Shown here: piece by piece, positions 10,701 to 24,600 of the stretch
Position numbering within the stretch: the first letter of the stretch is position 1
Layout: each line of letters starts with the position of its first letter
Assembly: GCA_964016885.1 (NCBI GenBank)
Contig: OZ024744.1
Coordinates: forward strand, 22,506,001 to 22,570,000
Source of the DNA: Eledone cirrhosa
Taxonomy: Eukaryota
Reading direction: 5' to 3'
Length of the DNA: 64,000 nucleotides
Notes under the pieces: generated by a model
Told to the model about the DNA's origin: nothing
The model's database searches: none
The model's input: the letters and a program-made list of their open reading frames with translations, nothing else
Program-made: the position numbers and the translations under genes

Positions 10701-13700
10701 ATATAACATAGAGTGAGATGTTGTCGTGGTGGTCAGTTAGGTTGACATAGATATCATAGGTGGGATGTTGTCGCGGTGGTCAGTTAGGTTGACATAGATA
10801 ACATAGTGTGAGATGTTGTCGTGGTGGTCAGTTAGGTTGACATAGATAACATAGGTGGGATGTTGTCGTGGTGGTCAGTTAGGTTGACATAGATAACATA
10901 GGTGGGATGTTGTCGTGGTGGTCAGTTAGGTTGACATAGATAACATAGTGTGGAATGTTTTCGTCGTGGTCAGTTAGGTTGACATAGATAACATAGGTGG
11001 GATGTTGTCGTGGTCATTTAGGTTGACTTAGATAACATAGAGTGAGATGTTGTCGTGGTGGTCAGTTAGGTTGATATAGATAACATATAGTGAGATGTTG
11101 TCGTGGTGTTCAGTTAGGTTTACATAGATAACAATGAGTGAGATGTTGTCGTGGTGGTCAGTTAGGTTGACATAGATAACATAGGTGGGATGTTGTCGTG
11201 GTGGTCAGTTATGTTGACGTAGATAACATAGAGTGAGATGTTGTCGTGGTGGTCAGTTAGGTTGACATAGATAACATAGGTGGGATGTTGTCGTGGTGGT
11301 CAGTTAGGTTGACATAGATAACATAGAGTGATATGTTGTCGTGGTGGTCAGTTAGGTTGACATAGATAACATAGGTGTATGTTGTCTTGGTGGTCAGTTA
11401 GGTTGACATAGATAACATAGGTGGGATGTTGTCGTGGTGGTCAGTTAGGTTGACAAAGATAACATAGGTGGGGGTGTTGTCGTGGTGTTCAGTTAGGTTG
11501 ACATAGATAACATAGGTGGGATGTTGTCGTGGCGGATAGTTAGGTTGACATAGATAAAATAGGTGGGATGTTGTCGTGGTGGTCAGTTAGGTTGACATTG
11601 ATAACATAGGTGGGATGTTGTCGTGGTCAGTTAGCTTGACATAGATAACATAGAGTGAGATGTTGTCGTGGTGGTCAGTTAGGTTGACATAGATAACACA
11701 GAGTGAGATGTTGTCGTGGTGTTCAGTTAGGTTGACATAGATAACATAGAGTGAGATGTTATCGTGGTGGTCAGTTAGGTTGGCATAGATGACATAGAGT
11801 GGGATGTTGTCGTGGTGGTCAGTTAGGTTGACATAGATAACATAGGTGGGATGTTGTCGTCGTGGTCAGTTAGGTTGACATATATAACATAGAGTGAGAT
11901 GTTGTCGTGGTGGTCAGTTAGGTTGACATAGATATCATAGGTGGGATGTTGTCGCGGTGGTCAGTTAGGTTGACATAGATAACATAGAGTGAGATGTTGT
12001 CGTGGTGGTCAGTTAGGTTGACATAGATAACATAGGTGGGATGTTGTCGTGGTGGTCAGTTAGGTTGACATAGATAACATAGGTGGGATGTTGTCGTGGT
12101 GGTCAGTTAGGTTGACATAGACAACATAGTGTGGGATGTTTTCGTCGTGTTCAGTTAGGTTGATATAGATAACATATAGTGAGATGTTGTCGTGGTGTTC
12201 AGTTAGGTTTACATAGATAACAATGAGTGAGATGTTGTCGTGGTGGTCAGTTAGGTTGACATAGATAACATAGGTGGGATGCTGTCGTGGTGGTCAGTTA
12301 GGTTGACATAGATAACATAGGTGGGGTGTTGTCGTGGTGGTCAGTTAGGTTGACATAGATAACATAGAGTGAGATGTTGTCGTGGCGGTTAGTTAGGTTG
12401 ACATAGATAAAATAGGTGGGATGTTGTCGTGGTGGTCAGTTAGGTTGATATAGATAACATAGAGTGAGATGTTGTCGTGGTGTTCAGTTAGGTTTACATA
12501 GATAACATAGGTGAGATGTTGTCGTGGTCAGTTAGGTTGACATAGATAACATAGAGTGAGATGTTGTCGTGGTGGTCAGTTAGGTTGACATAGATAACAT
12601 AGAGCGAGATGTTGTCGTGGTGGTCAGTTAGGTTGACATAGATAACATATGTGGGATGTTGTCGTCGTGCTCAGTTAGGTTGACATAGATAACATAGAGT
12701 GGGATGTTGTCGTGGTGGTCAGTTAGGTTGACATAGATAACATAGGTGGAATGTTGTCGTGGTGTTCAGTTAGGTTGACATAGATAACATAGGTGGAATG
12801 TTCTCGTGGTCAGTTAGGTTGACATAGATAACATAGGTGGGATGTTGTCGTGGTGGTCAGTTAGGTTGACATAGATAACATAGGTGGGATGTTGTCGTGG
12901 TGGTCAGTTAGGTTGACATAGATAACATAGGTGGGATGTTGTCGTGGTGGTCAGTTAGGTTGACATTAATAACATAGGTGGGATGTTGTCGTGGTCAGTT
13001 AGCTTGACATAGATAACATAGAGTGAGATGTTGTCGTGGTGGTCAGTTAGGTTGACATAGATAACATAGAGTGAGATGTTGTCGTGGTGTTCAGTTAGGT
13101 TGACATAGATAACATAGAGTGAGATGTTGCCGTGGTGGTCAGTTAGGTTGACATAGATAACATAGGTGGGATTTTGTCGTGGTGGTCAGTTATTTTGACA
13201 TAGATAACATAGGTGGGATGTTGTCGTGGTCAGTTAGGTTGACATAGATAACATAGGTGGGATGTTGTCGTGGTGGTCAGTTAGGTTGACATAGATAACA
13301 TAGGTGGGATGTTGTCGTGGTGGTCAGTTAGGTTGACATAGATAACATAGAGTGGGATGCTGTCGTGGTGGTCAGTTAGGTTGACATAGATAACATAGGT
13401 GGGATGTTGTCGTCGTGGTCAGTTAGGTTGACATATATAACATAGAGTGAAATGTTGTCGTGGTGGTCAGTTAGGTTGACATAGATATCATAGGTGGGAT
13501 GTTGTCGTGGTGGTCAGTTAGGTTGACATAGATAACATAGAGTGAGATGCTGTCGTGGTGGTCAGTTAGGTTGACATAGATAACATAGATGGGATGTTGT
13601 CGTGGTGGTCAGTTAGGTTGACATAGATAACATAAGTGGGATGTTGTCGTGGTCAGTTAGGTTGACATAGATAACATAGGTGTTTGTTGTCGTGGTGGTC

Positions 13701-14984
13701 AGTTAGGTTGATATAGATAACATAGGTGGGATGTTGTCGTGGTGGTCAGTTAGGTTGACGTAGATAACATAGAGTGAGATGTTGTCGTGGTGGTCAGTTA
13801 GGTTGACATAGATAACATAGAGTAAGATGTTGTCGTGGTGGTCAGTTAGGTTGACATAGATAACATAGGTGGGATGTTGTCGTGGTGGTCAGTTACGTTG
13901 ACATAGATAACATAGGTGGGATGCTGTCGTGGTCAGTTAGGTTGACATAGATAACATAGGTGGGATGTTGTCGTGGTGGTCAGTTAGGTTGACATAGATA
14001 ACATAGGTGGGATGTTGTCGTGGTGGTCAGTTAGGTTGACATAGATAACATAGGTGGGGTGTTGTCGTGGTGGTCAGTTAGGTTGACATAGATAACATAG
14101 AGTGAGATGTTGTCGTGGCGGTTAGTTAGGTTGACATAGATAAAATAGGTGGGATGTTGTCGTGGTGGTCAGTTAGGTTGACATTGATAACATAGGTGGG
14201 ATGTTGTCGTGGTCAGTTAGCTTGACATAGATAACATAGGTGGGATGTTGTCGTGGTGGTCAGTTAGGTTGACATAGATAACATAGGTGGGATGTTGTCG
14301 TGGTCAGTTAGCTTGACATAGATAACATAGAGTGAGATGTTGTCGTGGTGGTCAGTTAGGTTGACATAGATAACACAGAGTGAGATGTTGTCGTGGTGTT
14401 CAGTTAGGTTGACATAGATAACATAGAGTGAGATGTTGTCGTGGTGGTCTGTTAGGTTGACATAGATAACATAGAGTGGGATGTTCTCGTGGTGGTCAGT
14501 TAGGTTGACATAGATAACATAGGTGGGATGTTGTCGTGGTGGTCAGTTAGGTTGACATAGATAACATAGAGTGGGATGTTGTCGTGGTGGTCAGTTAGGT
14601 TGACATAGATAACATAGGAGGGATGTTGTCGTGGTGGTCAGTTAGGTTGACATAGATAACATAGGTGGGGTGTTGTCGTGGTGGTCAGTTAGGTTGACAT
14701 AGATAACATAGAGTGAGATGTTGTCGTGGCGGTTAGTTAGGTTGACATAGATAAAATAGGTTGGATGTTGTCGTGGTGGTCAGTTAGGTTGACATAGATA
14801 ACATAGGTGGGATGTTGTCGTGGTCAGTTAGCTTGACATAGATAACATAGAGTGAGATGTTGTCGTGGCGGTTAGTTAGGTTGACATAGATAAAATAGGT
14901 GGGATGTTGTCGTGGTGGTCAGTTAGCTTGACATAGATAACATAGGTGGGATGATGTCGTGGTGGTCAGTTAGGTTGACATAGA

Positions 14985-17900
14985 TAACATAGGTGGGATG
15001 TTGTCGTGGTCAGTTAGCTTGACATAGATAACATAGAGTGAGATGTTGTCGTGGTGGTCAGTTAGGTTGACATAGATAACACAGAGTGAGATGTTGTCGT
15101 GGTGTTCAGTTAGGTTGACATAGATAACATAGAGTGAGATGTTGTCGTGGTGGTCTGTTAGGTTGACATAGATAACATAGAGTGGGATGTTCTCGTGGTG
15201 GTCAGTTAGGTTGACATAGATAACATAGGTGGGATGTTGTCGTGGTGGTCAGTTAGGTTGACATAGATAACATAGAGTGGGATGTTGTCGTGGTGGTCAG
15301 TTAGGTTGACATAGATAACATAGGTGGGATGTTGTCGTCGTCATTTAGGTTGACTTAGATAACATAGAGTGAGATGTTGTCGTGGTGGTCAGTTAGGTTG
15401 ATATAGATAACATAGAGTGAGATGTTGTCGTGGTGTTCAGTTAGGTTTACATAGATAACATAGAGTGAGATGTTGTCGTGGTGGTCAGTTAGGTTGACAT
15501 AGATAACATAGGTGGGATGTTGTCGTGGTGGTCAGTTAGGTTGACATAGATAACATAGGTGGAATGTTGTCGTGGTGTTCAGTTAGGTTGACATAGATAA
15601 CATAGGTGGAATGTTGTCGTGGTCAGTTAGGTTGACATAGATAACATAGGTGGGATGTTGTCGTGGTGGTCAGTTAGGTTGACATAGATAACATAGGTGG
15701 GATGTTGTCGTGGTGGTCAGTTAGGTTGACATTAATAACATAGGTGGGATGTTGTCGTGGTCAGTTAGCTTGACATAGATAACATAGAGTGAGATGTTGT
15801 CGTGGTGGTCAGTTAGGTTGACATAGATAACATAGAGTGAGATGTTGTCGTGGTGTTCAGTTAGGTTGACATAGATAACATAGAGTGAGATGTTGCCGTG
15901 GTGGTCAGTTAGGTTGACATAGATAACATAGAGTGGGATGCTGTCGTGGTGGTCAGTTAGGTTGACATAGATAACATAGGTGGGATGTTGTCGTCGTGGT
16001 CAGTTAGGTTGACATATATAACATAGAGTGAAATGTTGTCGTGGTGGTCAGTTAGGTTGACATAGATATCATAGGTGGGATGTTGTCGTGGTGGTCAGTT
16101 AGGTTGACATAGATAACATAGAGTGAAATGCTGTCGTGGTGGTCAGTTAGGTTGACATAGATAACATAGATGGGATGTTGTCGTGGTGGTCAGTTAGGTT
16201 GACATAGATAACATAAGTGGGATGTTGTCGTGGTCAGTTAGGTTGACATAGATAACATAGGTGTATGTTGTCGTGGTGGTCAGTTAGGTTGACATAGATA
16301 ACATAGGTGGGATGTTGTCGTGGTGGTCAGTTAGGTTGACGTAGATAACATAGAGTGAGATGTTGTCGTGGTGGTCAGTTAGGTTGACATAGATAACATA
16401 GGTGGGATGTTGTCGTGGTGGTCAGTTACGTTGACATAGATAACATAGGTGTGATGCTGTCGTGGTCAGTTAGGTTGACATAGATAACATAGGTGGGATG
16501 TTGTCGTGGTGGTCAGTTAGGTTGACATAGATAACATAGGTGGGATGTTGTCGTGGTGGTCAGTTAGGTTGACATAGATAACATAGGTGGGGTGTTGTCG
16601 TGGTGCTCAGTTAGGTTGACATAGATAACATAGAGTGAGATGTTGTCGTGGCGGTTAGTTAGGTTGACATAGATAAAATAGGTGGGATGTTGTCGTGGTG
16701 GTCAGTTAGGTTGACATTGATAACATAGGTGGGATGTTGTCGTGGTCAGTTAGCTTGACATAGATAACATAGGTGGGATGTTGTCGTGGTGGTCAGTTAG
16801 GTTGACATAGATAACATAGGTGGGATGTTGTCGTGGTCAGTTAGTTTGACATAGATAACATAGGTGGGATGTTGTCGTGGTGGTCAGTTAGGTTGACATA
16901 GATAACATAGGTGGGATGTTGTCGTGGTGGTCAGTTACGTTGACATAGATAACATAGGTGGGATGTTGTCGTGGTGGTCAGTTAGGTTGACATAGATAAC
17001 ATAGAGTGGGATGTTGTCGTGGTGGTCAGTTAGGTTGACATAGATAACATAGGTGGGATGTTGTCGTGGTCAGTTAGCTTGACATAGATAACATAGGTGG
17101 GATGTTGTCGTGGTGGTCAGTTAGGTTGATATAGATAACATAGAGTGAGATGTTGTCGTGGTGTTCAGTTAGTTTTACATAGATAACATAGAGTGAGATG
17201 TTGTCGTGGTGGTCAGTTAGGTTGACATAGATAACATAGAGCGAGATGTTGTCGTGGTGGTCAGTTAGGTTGACATAGATAACATATGTGGGATGTTGTC
17301 GTCGTGCTCAGTTAGGTTGACATAGATAACATAGAGTGAGATGTTGTCGTAGTGGTCAGTTAGGTTGACATAGATAACATAGGTGGGATGTTGTCGTGGT
17401 GGTCAGTTAGGTTGACATAGATAACATAGGTGGGATGTTGTCGTGGTCAGTTAGGTTGGCATAGATAACATAGGTGGGATGTTGTCGTGGTGGTCAGTTA
17501 GGTTGACATAGATAACATAGAGTAGGATGTTGTCGTGGTGGTCAGTTAGGTTGACATAGATAACATAGGTGGGATGTTGTCGTCGTCATTTAGGTTGACT
17601 TAGATTACATAGAGTGAGATGTTGTCGTGGTGGTTAGTTAGGTTGATATAGATAACATAGAGTGAGATGTTGTCGTGGTGTTCAGTTAGGTTTACATAGA
17701 TAACATAGAGTGAGATGTTGTCGTGGTGGTCAGTTAGGTTGACATAGATAACATAGAGCGAGATGTTGTCGTGGTGGTCAGTTAGGTTGACATAGATAAC
17801 ATATGTGGGATGTTGTCGTCGTGCTCAGTTAGGTTGACATAGATAACATAGAGTGAGATGTTGTCGTGGTGGTCAGTTAGGTTGACATAGATAACATAGG

Positions 17901-20900
17901 TGGGATGTTGTCGTGGTGGTCAGTTAGGTTGACATAGATAACATAGGTGGGATGTTGTCGAGGTCAGTTAGGTTGGCATAGATAACATAGGTGGGATGTT
18001 GTCGTGGTGGTCAGTTAGGTTGACATAGATAACATAGGTGGGATGTTGTCGTGGTGGTCAGTTAGGTTGACATAGATAACATAGGTGGAATGTTGTCGTG
18101 GTGTTCAGTTAGGTTGACATAGATAATATAGGTGGAATGTTGTCGTGGTCAGTTAGGTTGACATAGATAACATAGGTGGGATGTTGTCGTGCTGGTCAGT
18201 TAGGTTGACATAGATAACATAGGTGGGATGTTGTCGTGGTGGTCAGTTAGGTTGACATAGATAACATAGGTGGGATGTTGTCGTGGTGGTCAGTTAGGTT
18301 GACATTAATAACATAGGTGGGATGTTGTCGTGGTCAGTTAGCTTGACATAGATAACATAGAGTGAGATGTTGTCGTGGTGGTCAGTTAGGTTGACATAGA
18401 TAACACAGAGTGAGATGTTGTCGTGGTGTTCAGTTAGGTTGACATAGATAACATAGAGTGAGATGTTGTCGTGGTGGTCTGTTAGGTTGACATAGATAAC
18501 ATAGAGTGGGATGTTCTCGTGGTGGTCAGTTAGGTTGACATAGATAACATAGGTGGGATGTTGTCGTGGTGGTCAGTTAGGTTGACATAGATAACATAGA
18601 GTGGGATGTTGTCGTGGTGGTCAGTTAGGTTGACATAGATAACATAGGTGGGATGTTGTCGTCGTCATTTAGGTTGACTTAGATAACATAGAGTGAGATG
18701 TTGTCGTGGTGGTCAGTTAGGTTGATATAGATAACATAGAGTGAGATGTTGTCGTGGTGTTCAGTTAGGTTTACATAGATAACATAGAGTGAGATGTTGT
18801 CGTGGTGGTCAGTTAGGTTGACATAGATAACATAGGTGGGATGTTGTCGTGGTGGTCAGTTAGGTTGACATAGATAACATAGGTGGAATGTTGTCGTGGT
18901 GTTCAGTTAGGTTGACATAGATAACATAGGTGGAATGTTGTCGTGGTCAGTTAGGTTGACATAGATAACATAGGTGGGATGTTGTCGTGGTGGTCAGTTA
19001 GGTTGACATAGATAACATAGGTGGGATGTTGTCGTGGTGGTCAGTTAGGTTGACATTAATAACATAGGTGGGATGTTGTCGTGGTCAGTTAGCTTGACAT
19101 AGATAACATAGAGTGAGATGTTGTCGTGGTGGTCAGTTAGGTTGACATAGATAACATAGAGTGAGATGTTGTCGTGGTGTTCAGTTAGGTTGACATAGAT
19201 AACATAGAGTGAGATGTTGCCGTGGTGGTCAGTTAGGTTGACATAGATAACATAGAGTGGGATGCTGTCGTGGTGGTCAGTTAGGTTGACATAGATAACA
19301 TAGGTGGGATGTTGTCGTCGTGGTCAGTTAGGTTGACATATATAACATAGAGTGAAATGTTGTCGTGGTGGTCAGTTAGGTTGACATAGATATCATAGGT
19401 GGGATGTTGTCGTGGTGGTCAGTTAGGTTGACATAGATAACATAGAGTGAAATGCTGTCGTGGTGGTCAGTTAGGTTGACATAGATAACATAGATGGGAT
19501 GTTGTCGTGGTGGTCAGTTAGGTTGACATAGATAACATAAGTGGGATGTTGTCGTGGTCAGTTAGGTTGACATAGATAACATAGGTGTATGTTGTCGTGG
19601 TGGTCAGTTAGGTTGACATAGATAACATAGGTGGGATGTTGTCGTGGTGGTCAGTTAGGTTGACGTAGATAACATAGAGTGAGATGTTGTCGTGGTGGTC
19701 AGTTAGGTTGACATAGATAACATAGGTGGGATGTTGTCGTGGTGGTCAGTTACGTTGACATAGATAACATAGGTGTGATGCTGTCGTGGTCAGTTAGGTT
19801 GACATAGATAACATAGGTGGGATGTTGTCGTGGTGGTCAGTTAGGTTGACATAGATAACATAGGTGGGATGTTGTCGTGGTGGTCAGTTAGGTTGACATA
19901 GATAACATAGGTGGGGTGTTGTCGTGGTGCTCAGTTAGGTTGACATAGATAACATAGAGTGAGATGTTGTCGTGGCGGTTAGTTAGGTTGACATAGATAA
20001 AATAGGTGGGATGTTGTCGTGGTGGTCAGTTAGGTTGACATTGATAACATAGGTGGGATGTTGTCGTGGTCAGTTAGCTTGACATAGATAACATAGGTGG
20101 GATGTTGTCGTGGTGGTCAGTTAGGTTGACATAGATAACATAGGTGGGATGTTGTCGTGGTCAGTTAGTTTGACATAGATAACATAGGTGGGATGTTGTC
20201 GTGGTGGTCAGTTAGGTTGACATAGATAACATAGGTGGGATGTTGTCGTGGTGGTCAGTTACGTTGACATAGATAACATAGGTGGGATGTTGTCGTGGTG
20301 GTCAGTTAGGTTGACATAGATAACATAGAGTGGGATGTTGTCGTGGTGGTCAGTTAGGTTGACATAGATAACATAGGTGGGATGTTGTCGTGGTCAGTTA
20401 GCTTGACATAGATAACATAGGTGGGATGTTGTCGTGGTGGTCAGTTAGGTTGATATAGATAACATAGAGTGAGATGTTGTCGTGGTGTTCAGTTAGTTTT
20501 ACATAGATAACATAGAGTGAGATGTTGTCGTGGTGGTCAGTTAGGTTGACATAGATAACATAGAGCGAGATGTTGTCGTGGTGGTCAGTTAGGTTGACAT
20601 AGATAACATATGTGGGATGTTGTCGTCGTGCTCAGTTAGGTTGACATAGATAACATAGAGTGAGATGTTGTCGTAGTGGTCAGTTAGGTTGACATAGATA
20701 ACATAGGTGGGATGTTGTCGTGGTGGTCAGTTAGGTTGACATAGATAACATAGGTGGGATGTTGTCGTGGTCAGTTAGGTTGGCATAGATAACATAGGTG
20801 GGATGTTGTCGTGGTGGTCAGTTAGGTTGACATAGATAACATAGAGTAGGATGTTGTCGTGGTGGTCAGTTAGGTTGACATAGATAACATAGGTGGGATG

Positions 20901-21695
20901 TTGTCGTCGTCATTTAGGTTGACTTAGATTACATAGAGTGAGATGTTGTCGTGGTGGTTAGTTAGGTTGATATAGATAACATAGAGTGAGATGTTGTCGT
21001 GGTGTTCAGTTAGGTTTACATAGATAACATAGAGTGAGATGTTGTCGTGGTGGTCAGTTAGGTTGACATAGATAACATAGAGCGAGATGTTGTCGTGGTG
21101 GTCAGTTAGGTTGACATAGATAACATATGTGGGATGTTGTCGTCGTGCTCAGTTAGGTTGACATAGATAACATAGAGTGAGATGTTGTCGTGGTGGTCAG
21201 TTAGGTTGACATAGATAACATAGGTGGGATGTTGTCGTGGTGGTCAGTTAGGTTGACATAGATAACATAGGTGGGATGTTGTCGAGGTCAGTTAGGTTGG
21301 CATAGATAACATAGGTGGGATGTTGTCGTGGTGGTCAGTTAGGTTGACATAGATAACATAGGTGGGATGTTGTCGTGGTGGTCAGTTAGGTTGACATAGA
21401 TAACATAGGTGGAATGTTGTCGTGGTGTTCAGTTAGGTTGACATAGATAATATAGGTGGAATGTTGTCGTGGTCAGTTAGGTTGACATAGATAACATAGG
21501 TGGGATGTTGTCGTGCTGGTCAGTTAGGTTGACATAGATAACATAGGTGGGATGTTGTCGTGGTGGTCAGTTAGGTTGACATAGATAACATAGGTGGGAT
21601 GTTGTCGTGGTGGTCAGTTAGGTTGACATTAATAACATAGGTGGGATGTTGTCGTGGTCAGTTAGCTTGACATAGATAACATAGAGTGAGATGTT
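14985..21695. repeat. Near-identical 3,324-bp tandem duplication (~70 monomers): ~14985-18308 and ~18309-21632, identity running on to ~21695
   Basis: Constant offset of 3,324 for TGGTCTGTTA (15151/18475), TAGATTACAT (17601/20925) and GACATTAAT (18301/21625). Other rare variants (GGTGTGATGCTG, GTCGTAGTGG, GTCGAGGTC) are shared in order. Confidence 0.92.
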
Positions 21696-21699
21696 TTTG

Positions 21700-24600
21700 T
21701 GGTGGTCAGTTAGGTTGACATAGATAACATAGAGTGAGATGTTGTCGTGGTGTTCAGTTAGGTTGACATAGATAACATAGAGTGAGATGTTGCCGTGGTG
21801 GTCAGTTAGGTTGACATAGATAACATAGAGTGGGATGCTGTCGTGGTGGTCAGTTAGGTTGACATAGATAACATAGGTGGGATGTTGTCGTCGTGGTCAG
21901 TTAGGTTGACATATATAACATAGAGTGAAATGTTGTCGTGGTGGCCAGTTAGGTTGACATAGATATCATAGGTGGGATGTTGTCGTGGTGGTCAGTTAGG
22001 TTGACATAGATAACATAGAGTGAAATGCTGTCGTGGTGGTCAGTTAGGTTGACATAGATAACATAGATGGGATGTTGTCGTGGTGGTCAGTTAGGTTGAC
22101 ATAGATAACATAAGTGGGATGTTGTCGTGGTCAGTTAGCTTGACATAGATAACATAGGTGTATGTTGTCGTGGTGGTCAGTTAGGTTGACATAGATAACA
22201 TAGGTGGGATGTTGTCGTGGTGGTCAGTTAGGTTGACATAGATAACATAGGTGGGATGATGTCGTGGTGGTCAGTTACGTTGACATAGATAACATAGGTG
22301 GGATGCTGTCGTGGTCAGTTAGGTTGACATAGATAACATAGGTGGGATGTTGTCGTGGTGGTCAGTTAGGTTGACATAGATAACATAGGTGGGATGTTGT
22401 CGTGGTGGTCAGTTAGGTTGACATAGATAACATAGGTGGGGTGTTGTCGTGGTGGTCAGTTAGGTTGACATAGATAACATAGAGTGAGATGTTGTCGTGG
22501 CGGTTAGTTAGTTTGACATAGATAAAATAGGTGGGATGTTGTCGTGGTGGTCAGTTAGGTTGACATTGATAACATAGGTGGGATGTTGTCGTGGTCAGTT
22601 AGCTTGACATAGATAACATAGGTGGGATGTTGTCGTGGTGGTCAGTTAGGTTGACATAGATAACATAGGTGGGAAGTTGTCGTGGTCAGTTAGGTTGACA
22701 TAGATAACATAGGTGGGATGTTGTCGTGGTGGTCAGTTAGCTTGACATAGATAACATAGGTGGGATGTTGTCGTCGTCATTTAGGTTGACTTAGATAACA
22801 TAGAGTGAGATGTTGTCGTGGTGGTCAGTTAGGTTGATATAGATAACATAGAGTGAGATGTTGTCGTGGTGGTCAGTTAGGTTGACATAGATAACATAGG
22901 TGGGATGTTGTCGTGGTGGTCAGTTAGGTTGACATAGATAACATAGGTGGGATGTTGTCGTGGTCAGTTAGGTTGGCATAGATAACATAGGTGGGATGTT
23001 GTCGTGGTGGTCAGTTAGGTTGACATAGATAACAGAGAGTAGGATGTTGTCGTGGTGGTCAGTTAGGTTGACATAGATAACATAGGTGGGATGTTGTCGT
23101 CGTCATTTAGGTTGACTTAGATAACATAGAGTGAGATGTTGTCGTGGTGGTCAGTTAGGTTGACATAGATAACATAGAGTGAGATGTTGCCGTGGTGGTC
23201 AGTTAGTTTTACATAGATAACATAGAGTGAGATGTTGTCGTGGTGGTCAGTTAGGTTGACATAGATAACATAGAGCGAGATGTTGTCGTGGTGGTCAGTT
23301 AGGTTGACATAGATAACATGTGTGGGATGTTGTCGTCGTGCTCAGTTAGGTTGACATAGATAACATAGAGTGAGATGTTGTCGTAGTGGTCAGTTAGGTT
23401 GACATAGATAACATAGGTGGGATGTTGTCGTGGTGGTCAGTTAGGTTGACATAGATAACATAGGTGGGATGTTGTCGTGGTCAGTTAGGTTGGCATAGAT
23501 AACATAGGTGGGATGTTGTCGTGGTGGTCAGTTAGGTTGACATAGATAACATAGAGTAGGATGTTGTCGTGGTGGTCAGTTAGGTTGACATAGATAACAT
23601 AGGTGGGATGTTGTCGTGGTGTTCAGTTAGATTGACATAGATAACATAGGTGGAATGTTGTCGTGGTCAGTTAGGTTGACATAGATAACATAGGTGGGAT
23701 GTTGTCGTGCTGGTCAGTTAGGTTGACATAGATAACATAGGTGGGATGTTGTCGTGGTGGTCAGTTAGGTTGACATAGATAACATAGGTGGGATGTTGTC
23801 GTGGTGGTCAGTTAGGTTGACATAGATAACATAGGTGGGATGTTGTCGTGGTCAGTTAGCTTGACATATATAACATAGAGTGAGATGTTGTCGTCGTGGT
23901 CAGTTAGGTTGACATATATAACATAGAGTGAAATGTTGTCGTGGTGGTCAGTTAGGTTGACATAGATATCATAGGTGGGATGTTGTCGTTGTGGTCAGTT
24001 AGGTTGACATAGATAACATAGAGTGAAATGCTGTCGTGGTGGTCAGTTAGGTTGACATAGATAACATAGATGGGATGTTGTCGTGGTGGTCAGTTAGGTT
24101 GACATACATAACATAAGTGGGATGTTGTCGTGGTCAGTTAGGTTGACATAGATAACATAGGTGTATGTTGTCGTGGTGGTCAGTTAGGTTGACATAGATA
24201 ACATAGGTGGGATGTTGTCGTGGTGGTCAGTTAGGTTGACGTAGATAACATAGAGTGAGATGTTGTCGTGGTGGTCAGTTAGGTTGACATAGATAACATA
24301 GGTGGGATGATGTCGTGGTGGTCAGTTACGTTGACATAGATAACATAGGTGGGATGCTGTCGTGGTCAGTTAGGTTGACATAGATAACATAGGTGGGATG
24401 TTGTCGTGGTGGTCAGTTAGGTTGACATAGATAACATAGGTGGGATGTTGTCGTGGTGGTCAGTTAGGTTGACATAGATAACATAGGTGGGGTGTTGTCG
24501 TGGTGGTCAGTTAGGTTGACATAGATAACATAGAGTGAGATGTTGTCGTGGCGGTTAGTTAGGTTGACATAGATAAAATAGGTGGGATGTTGTCGTGGTG

